This document shows positions 41,057 through 53,759 of a stretch of 64,000 nucleotides of DNA, one piece after another. This DNA is from Somniosus microcephalus (taxonomy: Eukaryota): positions 6,696,001 through 6,760,000 of the forward strand of contig CM126225.1 of the NCBI GenBank assembly GCA_052327205.1, read 5' to 3'. A program made the position numbers and the translations under genes. Each line of letters opens with the position of its first letter. The stretch's first letter is position 1. A model generated the notes under the pieces. The model had not been told where the DNA came from, did no database searches, and worked only from the letters and a program-made list of their open reading frames with translations.

Positions 41057-42269
41057 TCTATAGATGAAAAGTGCAAGTGTCTTGCTTCCTTACTCCCAAC
41101 GTTGTATTGTCGGGACTTAAGATAACTGATGCCACTTTCTAACCCTGCCAGTCTGATCCAATTAACGTCTAGATGTCCATCTATTCCTCTGCCTAGTGGG
41201 ACAGTGACTGGGAGAAACTGTTTCAACTCATAGATTGTCGCTGTTTTCCCCTACTAGGCAAAGGTAACGTTTCCGATCGGGTCCATACAGATTAGGAAGA
41301 ACCAAGATTAAAACGCTTGGTCGCTCATTTCAGCCGGGACAGCAGTCAGAACGCTACAATTATCACAACACCCCAGAGTTAGGTAAGTGTAATCCAGTGA
41401 TCCCTGGCGGCAGTGTCTGTCTGTTGATGTTAGCTGAGGACCGAATGATGCTCGGCTGTGGTGGCCTCCACAGTCCATTAGCCTATATGCAGTCTACACA
41501 AACGGGTATTGTTTTATCCCCTGGGCGCCCAAGAACAATTGTGGCGCAAGACCACGCTCAAATAGCCAATTTGCTGCCCAAATAACAGAATATCACTCCG
41601 CCCTGATTTTGTCATTACTGGGCCCGCGCTAAGCTCGATGCTCATGCTTTGCTCCAGGAGCAGACTCCGTGCTGCAGGCTGCAAGTGGGAATTCCTAATC
41701 TCCTAATAGACCCGCAATTCCCAACAAATTACAGCGTCCGTTCTAACAGTGAAGCAACCGTTTCACATGGGAGCGATAGTCAGGGCCAACAGTGAGAAGA
41801 TCATCGAGGAGAGAGTGTGCCAGAGAGGGAGAGAAAAAGAGAGAGGGCGACACAGAGAGAGAGAAAGAAAGAGAGTGCAATTGAAGGGGTAGGGTAGGGT
41901 TAATGAGTGAAAAGAGCATCGGTGAGCGAGGGATGCTAAAGGAAGAGAGTGCCTCTGTTGGCTGGGAGATGGGTTAGAGGAGGAGAGAGCTTCTGTGACC
42001 TGGCGTGTTAGGGGTAAGAGTGCCTCGGTGACTGTAGTAGACTAGAATATTTCTGTGAATTGTGGGTTCGAGGGGAGACTGCCTCCGGATGGGGGAGCGG
42101 GGAGTCACGGGAGGAGAACGCGTGTGAATTGAGAGGAATGGAGGGAGAGTGCATTTTTGATTAGAAGTTTGAAGGGAAGGGTGAACGGATAGGTGTTAGA
42201 GAAGAGTGCATCTGTGAGCAAGAGGGCAATTGTTCAGGTAACTTTTGGAGAAGTGATGGCTGGTTGATA

Positions 42270-42545
42270 TGGTGGACGTAAAAGATCCCATGGCACTATT
42301 TCGAAGATGAGCTGGGTGTTCTCCCCGGTGTCCTGGCCAATATTTATCCCTCAACCAACATAAGAAAAACAGATTATCTGGTCATTTTCACATTGCTGTT
42401 TGTGGGAGCTTGCTGTGCGCAAATTGGCTGCCGTGTTTCCCACATGACAACAGTGACTACACTTCAAAACGTACTTCATTGGCTGTAAAGCGCTTCGAGA
42501 CGTTCGGTGGCCGTGAAAGGCGCTATATAAATGCAAGTCTTTCTT
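42270..42545 (+). mobile_element. DeuSINE 3' part
   Basis: Deu core and GGCGCTATATAAATGCAAG tail. Confidence 0.82.
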
Positions 42546-43664
42546 TTGAATATGGATAAACCTCCAAATGTGGACGTGCCTGGGACCTGGGCAGCAGTTG
42601 GAAGTAATTGTGTACATTTGAAATTGTCTGCCTGCACTAATTTTCTTGGCTCACACATGAATAATCGACACTTGGATGATGTACTGCAGTGCGACTGGAG
42701 GTGGGGATCAATGGTTGCAGGAAGTGGGGAGGGGGCAAAACTAGACATACTTCTTTCTGCCTGTAGAAGGATACAAGACAATGGTAACCCTTATCATGAT
42801 GATGTCACATAAAAGTGACACGATAATAGGATTTATCCAATTCCTTTCTGTGTTGGTAAACAAACGTTTGACCAAAACCTTTTGCATATAAATAGGTAGC
42901 CATTAATTTCTAACACGTTTAATCTTTCTCGTTGTTCTCTCCTCCTATATTTTGCAATCCTTCTGATTATTTTATATTCAATCTTATCTTTCCTTCCTTT
43001 CTCCTACGTGTGACCCTATTAACTACATGCATTGACTTCTGCACACAAGGAGTGCGTAATTGACATAACTGCACATATTTAATTGGAATTCAACTCAGAT
43101 ATTAAATTACCTCAAGATATTTTATTTAAACGCTTGAAAGTTGACACCAATCAATGTTTCCTTCCCCATAAGCATAACATTCAATGAGATTCATCCAAAT
43201 TAGCCGTTTCACGCATCCTAATAGAGTTTTATTTCATTGAGAAACCCGGTTGAGGGACCAAGAATCACAAGCTGTTTTTATATTGGCCCCATTCAATTCA
43301 GATTGAGGAAAAATGGCAAATCCCTCGCCTAACACAAGGCTTATTGATCCATGAAAAAGTGGGTCTACAAATCTATCATTTAGCAGCGTAAAGATTGGGA
43401 GATGGCTCACCAATTCTGGACTTCCGGAATTCGAATTAAAGTAAGGCCAATGATATAAAAGTGGCTGTAGTGCTGTTGAAAACGGCGAGAAAGAGTATCG
43501 CTAACTGATATCAAGTTTGGTTTTTGGGTACTTCTAGATTGCAAGAGGAAAATATACAGAGGGAGGTAAAGACTACCAGAGATTTGAGATCTTAGGACAG
43601 AGCGGCAGTGGAAGACAGATCAACAAGTTCTAAGGTGAATGCAATGAAAATATATTTGAAATCT

Positions 43665-44015
43665 CACCCTTGTGTTCAAATCCCTGTGTGCTATCGCCCC
43701 TCACTATCTCTATAACCTCCTCCAGCCCTACAAGCTTCCCAGATCTCTGCGGCCCAATTCTGGATTTCTATCGCTTCATCATTGGTGGCCGTGCCTTCAG
43801 AAGCCTGGGCCCTAAGCTCTGGAATTCCCTCCCTAACCCTCTCCACCTCTCTCTCCTCCTTTAAAACCTACCTCTTTGACCAAGTTTTTGGTATTCTCTA
43901 CTAATATCTCTTTATGTGGCTCAGTGTCAAATTTTGTCTGATTACGCTCCTGTGAAACGCATTGGGATGTTTTACTACGTTTAAGGTGCTAAATAAATGC
44001 AAGTTGTTGTTGTTT
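43665..44015 (+). mobile_element. L2-clade LINE 3' fragment abutting the Evx pseudogene 3' end
   Basis: IGGRAFRSLGPKLWNSLP; (TTG)n tail. Confidence 0.85.
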
Positions 44016-44546
44016 TTATGACGAGTAATGGAGCTCAAGAGAGAATTGACTATAGTAGAATCTGTAACATAGAGAGAGACACAAAGGTATCAAAGTGCTG
44101 TGCAAGGTGTCACTACAGTAGTGACCGACAGATGTGTTTGGATTAACTTGTGCCTTCAGGCTGCAGGTATTGGGCTGAGCGAACAGCGGTCCGAATTTCA
44201 AGGGCGTTCACTTCTGTTATATTTTTAGCGATTCAGTCCCCAGGGTCTGAGCGTGCCATGGACACCCCGTGATGGCTTGTGTATGTCTGGACAAGTAGAT
44301 TGAACATTAGAATGTGTAGAAAAGGCAGAGGATCCCGTGTTGGAGCAAAGTAGCGCTTCTCCATGCGGGGACACGAAATGCAAATTGCTGCCGGCACTTG
44401 TTGCGTCGTCCTTCTACATTCGAGTTCCAACAGGCCCGAGTTATACTGCCACCTGCGCGTGGAGTGTGACCCCCTAAATTCTAGTGCCTCTTTTTTGCAC
44501 CTCTGCCAAGTGAAATGACTTCCTATCGACCTAGTGTAACTATAGT

Positions 44547-44910
44547 AACTCCAGTGCAGTACTGAGGGAGTGCTGCACTGTCAGAGTGCCCTTTCGGATG
44601 AGACATTAAACCGAGACCCCATCTGCTCTCTCAGGTGGACATAAAAGATCACATGGCACTATTTTGAAGAAGAGCAGGGGAGTTATCCCCGTGGTCCTGG
44701 GGCCAATATTTATCCCTCAACCAACAGAACAAAAACAGATTATCTGGCCATTATCACATTGCTGTTTGTGGGAGCTTGCTGTGCGCAAAATGGCTGCCGC
44801 ATTTCCTACATTACAACAGTGACCACACGTCAAAAGTACTTCATTGACTGTAAAGCGCTTTGAGACGTCCAGTGGTCGTAAAAGGCGCTATAGAAATGCA
44901 AGGCTTTCTT
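44547..44910 (+). mobile_element. DeuSINE (headless) in intron 2 of the Evx pseudogene
   Basis: Deu core and tail match. Confidence 0.82.
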
Positions 44911-45564
44911 CATAACATTAAATGCATAATGGAGTTTTCGATGTACAGCATATATACCAATAAATGGTAATTTTGCACATTTTTCCACTTTTGGGAGAGG
45001 ACAGAGGGGAGCCAAAGTCGAAAATGGTCATTCCACCGGGACCCTGTGAAATTTTGTTTTTTTTAAAACATTTTTTAAAGTGAAAGTTTAAAGTGAAATG
45101 GACAGTTTGTGCTGCCGGTCCGGTTATCACCTCGGGTGTTGTCGAGTCTTTATTGGATTGCTCATGCTTGTAGATTGTCCCTTGAAGCTGGCCAGGGTTC
45201 TGAACCGCGGGCCCATCCCCGGCTATCATCGCCTTGGCGAGTGGAGCGACTATTTCCCTCCAGGACAGCAACGTCATAGATACATTGTTTGGTAACCATT
45301 AAATAGTAAATTATTTGTTTGATATTTATTATTAAATCACAACGGTGACATAAATAGTAATATTCGTCTTAAGCAAGTGTATACAGACATTAAACACAGC
45401 ACTGAATCTAAAGCATTTAATATTTTTGTACAGCTGGACACAGTATTGATTAGTCAGTGGTCACCATTCATATAAACTGTAAATAAATAAACATTCAGCT
45501 TGCAAATCTCTACCTTACATGCCATTTAATCATATAATTTTATAAATATAAGATAGTCACTAAT

Positions 45565-45822
45565 AAATCCAATAAGGAATTCAGGAGAAACTTCTTTACT
45601 CAGAGAGTGGTGAGAATGTGGAACTCGCTACCACAGGGAGTGGCTGAGGGGAATACCATAGATGTATTTAAAATGCAGCTAGATAAACACTTGAGGGAGA
45701 AAGGACTAGAAGGGTTTACTGATGGAGTGAATTGAGGACGGGAGGAGGCGCGAGTGCAGCATAAACGCCGGCATGGACCAGTTGGGCCGAATGGCCTGTT
45801 TCTGTTCTGTACATTCTATGTA
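45565..45822 (+). mobile_element. CR1 3' fragment in intron 1 of the Evx pseudogene
   Basis: AGGAGAAACTTCTTTACTCAGAGAGTGGTGAGAATGTGGAACTCGCT; tail CATTCTATGT. Confidence 0.8.
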
Positions 45823-47804
45823 AGTAGCCGGACCATTCAATATAAGCGAATTGAAAACACTGAAAATGCATTTTATTTGTACACAAACTATGCGAACGAG
45901 TCACCGCACAGCAATTCATGAAACGCGCTGAGGCGCTTCAGGGAAACGCGATAAAATTCTATAAAATTACGAGCTTTTCTTTTCTTTTTATTTCAAATAA
46001 AAAGGCAACGCCGGAAACCTAAAATAGACACAGACCCGGTTCTGAAGTTCGCACCGAAATGTCAGCCTCCTCCTTTTTCTGAAGGCGACTGGCGTGTCTG
46101 TGCGGGTCCATTATTTTACACCTACGCGATTAAACTGGGTGAACCGTGCTGGTGAAAGGCACTGGTAGCCTGGCCTGTCCAATCTGTCTGAGTTAATGAA
46201 ACACAGCAATTGCTGGATATGTGGCGGTACGACGAGAATATTCGACTTACAGTATCAATTTGGAGCTGGTCGGTGCACACGTATACAGGGAGCGTTCTCT
46301 GTGTCTGCAGAACAACCTGTGTTTGATTCGGTTGTGAGTTTACCTCGAATGGACATCGACCAAAAAGTCAGATGCGCAACATTTTCAAAAAATTGGTAGT
46401 TTTAAAACATCCAGTGCTGTAACCATGTCCTTTATTTATAAAACAAAAATAAATTCCCAGAACGAGGAAGCATATTAGCTAGATTATAAAAACATAAAAC
46501 ATTAGTTTATATCCGATGTATTAATAAGCTGCAAATTTTTTATATCATTAAGTCCATCAGTTACAACTAATGAACGTTAAACGTGTGTTAGGAGTAAAAT
46601 TACAACGTATTTCAATTCGTAATTTTGAGATTTCCCTTCAGTATTTCCCCCCGCGCACAAACGACAAGGGAACGACATTTCTTGTTTCACATCTCTTCCT
46701 GAAATACAAAATTAACAGAAAGAGAAGTTTTTATACCCTTGGAATTTGTGCAAAACCTCGGAAAATCGAATCTAACTCGCACATCTACACCTGAATTGTA
46801 CCTGTCAATCGGCAGCGTTTTAAAGAGTCCGGGTCGTTCAGGTCTGGGGCATTGTAGATATATAACGGTGGCATTTCACTGCTAAACCCTTAATATAGAA
46901 AACAGGGAAACTGAGTTACATTTTTAGAACGCCTCTCGCCTAATGGAATGATTAAGGGACGGAACCCAGAGCATCCTGGAAGAAATAGGTCTTTAACAGT
47001 GCGTCTGTACTGCAAAAGGGAAACCATTTTTCAGTGCTACTAAATTCAGAATCAGGGCCCGATTTTAGCTCCAGAGTAAAGCTATGTGGCACTCTCCGCA
47101 TGTCTCGCCGCGTCGCATGGGTTTGAGGTGGATAGAATTGAACTGCGCTGTCTAATGCGCCTGTGGCGCTCCCTATTGCTGGGAAGGGAGCTCCACAATG
47201 GATGCATAAGACACTCTCTCCTGGGCAAAATAAGTGCAATTGCAGCAAAGCAGTACTGTACAAGTGAGCATCCGTCTGGCGAGAACTTACACGGCAGGCA
47301 GCTACAGCAGAAATACAGCATAAGGCGCTTTGAAGGGAAAGGGCTGACGATGTGGTTTGAGGAGAGAGCAACGATGGGCTGACTGAAACAATTTGTAAGT
47401 TAAATATCAAAGGTCTGTCATGAATACTTCAATCTTCCTTTTTACTCCTGGATTAAAGAAACGCGCCAGTTTGCCGAGAATGAACCTGCTAAGAAAAATA
47501 TTTTCTTCGGTACCTAAATACAGAAAAATAAACGAATAAACTTATAACAACATTCCGATTGGAAACAAGTGCACAGTAAAAGAAGAGGACCAAATAATAG
47601 TTAAAACAAAATATCAGAGTGTTTCTAACATGATTTGTTTTAAAACGTAAATAAGCCTGTAGTAACGGTCTGTCCAATTCATTTAATTTCTGTTCACAGA
47701 CACTGCAAGATTTCCTCTTTGTGCATCATTTAGTTTAATCGCTCTTTATAAATGGCTTTGGGATTTCCTTGCAGTTCACACAGAGACAAGCAACCCATTG
47801 TATC

Positions 47805-49645
47805 ATAGCATCTTAGAACTTTACGGTACAGAAGGAGGCTATTCGACCCATTTGTGTCCATGCCGGCTGAAAAAGAGCGATCCAGCCTACTCCCACTTTC
47901 CAGCCCTATAAGTTACTGCACTTCCAGTGCATATCCAAGTACTTTTTAAATGTGGTGAGGTTTCTGCCTCTACCACCCTTTCAGGCAGTGAGTTCCAGAC
48001 CCCACCACCCTCTGGGTGAATAAAGTTCTCCTCAACTTTATTACCGAGATAGCTTCACTGCTTTCCTCCCTCGGCCTCTGCACAGAACAACTTCTTAGGT
48101 GATTTCAACCTCCATCTCAATTCACCATGCTCCCTCACCTCTGAATTATCTAGCTTCCTATTCTCCCTTAATCTCTCCCTCCATGTAAACTCCCCAATCC
48201 ATATTCATGGCCATCCTCTCGACCTTGCCATCTCTCGTGGCCTCGCTACTCCCATCGTGTCAATAGCAGATAAGGCCATCTTCTGTGCCCGCCCCTGGAA
48301 AAAGCTCTCTCCCAACTCTCTTACAACTGCACAGATGAAATCCCAATTGTCCAGCCTTTGGCATTCCATTCACCACAACATTTCTGCAGCTACCGATCTG
48401 CTCAACCACACCCTCACCACCACCTTTGATGCCCTAGTCCCTACTAAAACAATTACCCTCTCTCACCCTAGCCATTCCCCCTAGTACAGCCCTCATCTTC
48501 GCTCCCTTAAGTCCAAGGGATACAGACTTGAACGGATATGGCGGACAACTGGTTTAGACAATCTTCGCCAGATCTGGCTGGACCACATAAAGCATTTTCA
48601 GGTCCAGCTCTCGTCTGCCAAAATTGCTCACTATCTGCGGCATAACTAAGACCGCCTATTTCCACCTCCATAGCATCGCCCGTTTCCGCTCTTGCCTCAG
48701 CTTATCAGCTGCTGAAACCCTCATCCATGCCTTTGTTACCTCTAGACTTGACTATTCCAATGCACTCCTGGCTGGTCTCCCACATTCTACCCTACGTAAA
48801 CTGGAGGCCATCCCAAACTCGGCTGCCCGTGTCCTAACTCACACCAAGTCCCGTTCACCCATCACCCCTGTGCTCGCTGACCTACATTGGCTCCGGGTTA
48901 AGCAATGCCTCGATTTCAAAATTCTCACCCTTGTTTTCAAATCCCTCCATGGCCTCGCCCCTCCCTATCTCTGTAATCTCCTCCAGCCCCACAACCCCCC
49001 GAGATATCTGCGCTCCTCTAATTCTGCCCTCTTGAGCATCTCTGATTATAATCACTCAACCATTGGTGGCCGTGCCTTCTGTTGCCTGGGCCCTAAGCTC
49101 TGGAAATCCCTGCCTAAACCTCTCCGCCTCGCTACCTTTCTTTCCTCCTTTAAGACGCTTCTTAAAACCTAACTCATTGACCAAGCTTTTGGTCACCTGC
49201 CCTAATTTCTCCTTATGTGGCACTGTGTCAATTTTTTTGTCTTATAATACTCCTGTGAAGCACCTTGGGACGTTTTACTACGTTAAAGGCGCTATATAAA
49301 TACGCGTTTTTGTTGGTATTGTTATCAACTCCCCTCTGATCGTTCTACCAATTATTTAAAATCTATGCCTCCTAGTTATTGACCTCTCTGCTAAGGGAAA
49401 TTGGTCCTTCCTATCCACTCTATCTGGGCCTCATAATTTTTTGCACCTCAATTAAGTCTCCCCTCAGCCTCCTCTGTTCCAAAGAAAACAACCCCAGCCG
49501 ATCCAATCTTTCCCCATCGCTAAAGTCTCCAGTCCTGTCAACATCCTCGTAAATCTCCTCTGTACCCTCTCTAGTGCAATCACATATTTCCTGTAATCTG
49601 GTGACCAGAACTGCACGCAGTCCTCTTACTGTGGCCTAACTAGTG
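47805..49645 (-). mobile_element. CR1 3' fragment (47805-48037 plus 49325-49645) split by the L2
   Basis: CR1 C-terminal and 3' UTR sequence is continuous across the insertion. Confidence 0.75.
48038..49324 (+). mobile_element. Internally deleted L2-clade LINE nested in a CR1
   Basis: LGDFNLH endonuclease-region sequence joined near 48630 to ITKTAYFHL...SRLDYSNALL...LHWL. Flanked by TCAACT direct repeats at 48032 and 49325. Confidence 0.88.
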
Positions 49646-51009
49646 TATATTAAATAGGAAGTTGTCATTTATATTGTATTTAATAACGGGTATTCTTGAG
49701 ACAACCCTATAGTTCATCAGTTGTAATGTGGATCTCGAGTCAGTGCCGACCTTCTCTGAGCAGTCGCACTGCCTTTCCTGTAGTGTCAAATCCAACCCTG
49801 ACAAGATTTACACCACAACTTTCGCACCCCTACCAACAGCAGTCCTGCAGATGTAGCTTAATGTTCACCCGTAAGTTATTAATATCTTGGATAGGACACT
49901 GCTGAGGCGTACCTCAGTGATGGAGTCATCATTTCAAGAGAGGCGGGGAGGGGAGAAAATTGGCAAAAGAAAGAAAATAAATCACTGCAATTTCAACTGA
50001 CATTAGCCTTTAAAAATATAAACTCCGATGTTTTCTATACCTTAGTAAAGGCTCAAAGATCAGTTTACCGAAATTATTGGGAGCAATATGATGCATTACT
50101 TAATCATAACTTTCGGATGCCAACATGCACCAATAAAATAGTATAGCTTCCAAGCGGTAATGTGTTAATGGAGCACCAATACTGATAGGAAATATATATC
50201 ATTAGATTAATATAACTGTGTGGATGACGGCCAAGGAAAAATAAATTTTACTGATCATTCTATTTCTCTTTCAAGCGGATTCTCCTTAATACTGACTAAC
50301 CTGTGCGAATTTCTCTACCTTTCCAAAATAAACGGCATTACCGTCTTCTGAATTTCAATTCCCATGTGGTGTTCTGCATTTACTGAAAATGTAAATAATC
50401 AGGCAACCAACAAATCCGACAGGCGGGATAAGGACGCATTTATACTTTACTAATGAAACTAACAGCCACGTTCGCTTCGTGTTCGGAGGCTCCATACACA
50501 CAGACATCTCTATACTCCCAGTCTAAACCAGAGAGGATTCCTTTGGCAGTGACGTCGTGAAGTCACAATGCAGACCACCAAATTGATACATTTTGGAGGC
50601 ATTAACATTTATTGTTAAACAAAAGCAAAATGATGGAAATATGAAAGAAAAACTGAGAATGCTGGAAACAGTCAGCAGGTCAGGTAGCATCTGTCGAGAA
50701 AGGTAGGGTTAACGTTTCAGGTTTATGACCTTTCATCAGAATATCATTTTCTTCCATGGGAGACAACATTTCAGAAATTAACATTTCCCCTCTCTGACCC
50801 TGCTGAAAATTGCCCTTTGGGATCAGATCTGCCGAATACCACGTTCACGCTGGTTGGAGATGGCTAATTTGGGCCTGCAATCATCAGGTGCCCGGATATA
50901 CAATCAGGTCTACATTCCCATGAGATACGCCATTTATCCTGCTTACACACCATCCATCCACTGGATAATGTCACTGCAACCTGGGAACTACTTCCCAGTG
51001 ATACATACA

Positions 51010-51260
51010 AACATACCAACAATGACGGACAGGTAAAGACCCTCTGGTCCATTCAGCCTGTCCCACCCAATTGTGATACCAGGCCACGCGAAACCACGAG
51101 ATCTCCTGCGAGAGGCGTAAAACGAGGTTTTTAAAAAACCCAGGGGAGGAAAATCTGGGAAATTCCTCTCCAACCCACCTGGGCGATGGAAACTAGTCCA
51201 CGAGATCACCCTGGCCATGAATTTCCTGCAGTAACTGCCTTCTGTAAAAGGTGATATCCG
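51010..51260 (-). mobile_element. CR1-type 3' UTR fragment
   Basis: Matches 2790-3000 and 3715-4010. Confidence 0.65.
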
Positions 51261-52849
51261 ACCCACCGAGAAACCCGTCTAGCTCTGGTTTGAAGAGTGC
51301 TAAAGATGTTAGAATGTTTGGGCATAAGGGATCGAATGGGTGGGGTACATAAAGGAAAACGATGCCCGGAGGAGCACCTACTATAACAGAGCCCATCCAA
51401 GTTAAATAGCTGCGGAATTAGCTGGGATCTATTGGGGCACGGAACCCTCTCTGCTCAACTTTTCTCTGTACTCTTTACCCAGGTAACACTTTACATTCAA
51501 GTCAAGCCAGATTTACAACGTTACCAGAGCATCGCTGAAACTCCCTTGAACGTGTTTTAACTACCTGACCTTAACTTCAATGTCAATATAACACTCTTGC
51601 TTTACACATACAGTATTTAAGTTTCTAGCAATTGAAAGAGATGCCTATATCAAGGCACCTACAGAGGTTTCGCCTGGATAGACAATTACAGTTTCAAAGA
51701 TACACAGCAACTGTTTACTGAAAAAATGTTTTTTTTTAAAAAACTCAGGAACTTGAAATTTCAGAAAAATCTCCTGGACTAGAAATGTTGTGGTTGGCGT
51801 TTATTCTTTGGCAGGCTGAAGCGGTACAAACACAGTCCTGCCTGGCTGGAACCCGAACTGTAGCTACCGCGCTCTGACCAGTAGCTGCAGTATCCTGGTA
51901 CTGACAACATGCTGTAGGTCAATGCACGGTAACTTTTGTTCAGCTCAAAGTTTTCTCTGTTGAAAATAGAACTATTTCTAGAGCTGTGCTTTTTATTTGA
52001 ATAGCCTTCGTCGGTTTACCCAAGCCAACAACATATTTCAACACATTGCAATAAGCCCAACATTTTGGTTTTATGTGGATTCAGTTTGTAGCGTCCATTG
52101 CTTCTGCCAATTAAACTACTTCAGCCGAGTGAAACAAGTGCCATCTGCCCTCATATATAACCGGGCCTGTGTCACGGGGAAATGATATTTCCTGGTCTCT
52201 GCAGAAATTATTCTTTTTACCTTAACAAGAACAATTAACATTAGTATTTCAAATACCAGCAATAGGTAGACACCATAATAATGCAACACAGATGAAGATT
52301 ACATAAAGAGGGAATGCTAACCAACAGCAATTCCGGTCCTGGAGATATTCCCTAAGATTCAAGCGCCTGGTTTTTTAAACTATTTTCCAGTAAATGTTTT
52401 CTGCCTCTAATGTCTATTTTTAAAAATATTATATTAAAGTTTATTTCCACCTAGTCAGGTGCCAATTTACCTCTAATTAAATAGCATCCTACAGGTAAAT
52501 CGCTATATGGGTATAATTTCATCTGTTACGCAATTAATTACACTTTAATTTCACGTGACCTTCGCATGAAATTCAGCAGTGTTCTTTCAATTTAACCCAG
52601 AGTCAATGTCAAAACAATGACAGCTTTGACGTATATGATTTTGAGTTGGGAGATGAATCTTTCGAAGGGGTTCATTCCCCCTTTCCCCATTCTTTCTCTG
52701 GCTGCTACCATATATCAGTGCTAGCCTATATGCCATTAATTCTCGGTTTCCTGGCACAATATGACCCAGTTGTACTAGGATTACTTTCTTATTTATAATA
52801 CAAACATTTAACCAGGGTGAAATACAAAGTAGTGCATTGTATTACAAAA

Positions 52850-53410
52850 TTCGGCCCAACAATGCTGGTGTTCATGCTCTACACGAGCCGCCTCCCACAC
52901 TTCTTCATTTCACACCATCAACATCTTCTATTCCTTTCTCCCTCGTGTGCTTATCTAGCTTCCCCTTAAATGCATCCATGCTATTCACCTCCTTGTGGTA
53001 GCGAGTTCCACATTCTAACCACTCCCTGGAAAAATAAGTTTCTCCTGAATTCCCTATTGGATTTATTAGTGACTGTCTTATATTTATGCCCCCTAGCTCT
53101 GGTCTCCCCTGCAAGTGGAAACATCTTCTCTACATCTACCTTATCAAATCCTTTCATAATCTTAACGACCTCAATCAGGTCACCCTTCAGTCTTCTCTGA
53201 AAAGAGAAAAGAGCCCCAGCCTGTTCAATCGTTCCTGATAGGTATAACCTCTCAGAGCTGGTGTCATTCCAGTCAATTTTTTTTACACCTTCTCCAGTGC
53301 CTCTATATCCTTTTTATAATATGGAGACCAAAGCTGTTCGCAGTACTCCAAGTGTGGTCTAACCAAGGTCCTAAACAAGTTTAAAATAAGTTCCCTGCTT
53401 TTCAATTCTA
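52850..53410 (-). mobile_element. CR1 3' fragment
   Basis: Reverse strand encodes degenerate LVRPHLEYC.QLWSP...FS.RVVRMWNSLP sequence. Confidence 0.82.
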
Positions 53411-53759
53411 TCTTAAATACATAAAGGGAAACGTGTGCACAGGTCTAGCACTGTCTTGGGTATCTATTGTAACACAGTCATGGTAAACTTGACTGAATTT
53501 CCAGTTGACTGAATCTAAAAGTGACCAAATGTCCAAGTGACCAAGCTTTGAGGGCAAGAGACTGCTTGGCTAAAAACATTTGCAAAATAAGTGAAGTGTT
53601 GGTGCTTTTCCTTCAAAAGATAAGATCTTTAAAATTCTGTGAGAACCGCAAGTCAATAACCCTGCAGATGTGAAAAACAATGATTCCCTCCAATCCCTGG
53701 ATGTCTGGCCTTGGTTAACTACACGTCAAAACAGATAGGAAGAGAGAGAGAGATGGGAA

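Larger units (their letters stand above)
44020..46445 (-). pseudogene. evx: Evx (even-skipped) pseudogene linked to HoxB; exon 1 ~46445-45971, exon 2 ~45296-45045, exon 3 44452-~44020
   Basis: Degenerate motifs in correct order. Exon 1: KDMVTALD 46432-46409 (Evx1 KDMVVFLD), LQIDT 46265-46251 (Evx2 FEIDT), EEADIS 46072-46055 (EADMS), FRFP..LK*KEKK|GT (LRSP..LKENNGK|). Exon 2: RFRT 45207-45196 (RYRT), RQHKLSISL-N 45117-45083 (RRCELAAALN). Exon 3: CAG|GTG acceptor at 44452, RM*KD, ISCPR (MSWPH), DP..FYT, LRP, RP-EIRTAVR (RPELLCAFR), CLSLCY (CLSCH). Confidence 0.8.

Noticed and set aside
46952-47410. Overlapping 80-150 aa ORFs upstream of the Evx relic
   Set aside because: No recognisable domain; probably non-coding sequence between the divergent promoters.
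49696-49905. SSQCR...HPYQQQSCR as an alternative Hox14 exon 1
   Set aside because: Only two short motif echoes and no downstream FY/YQPW continuation.
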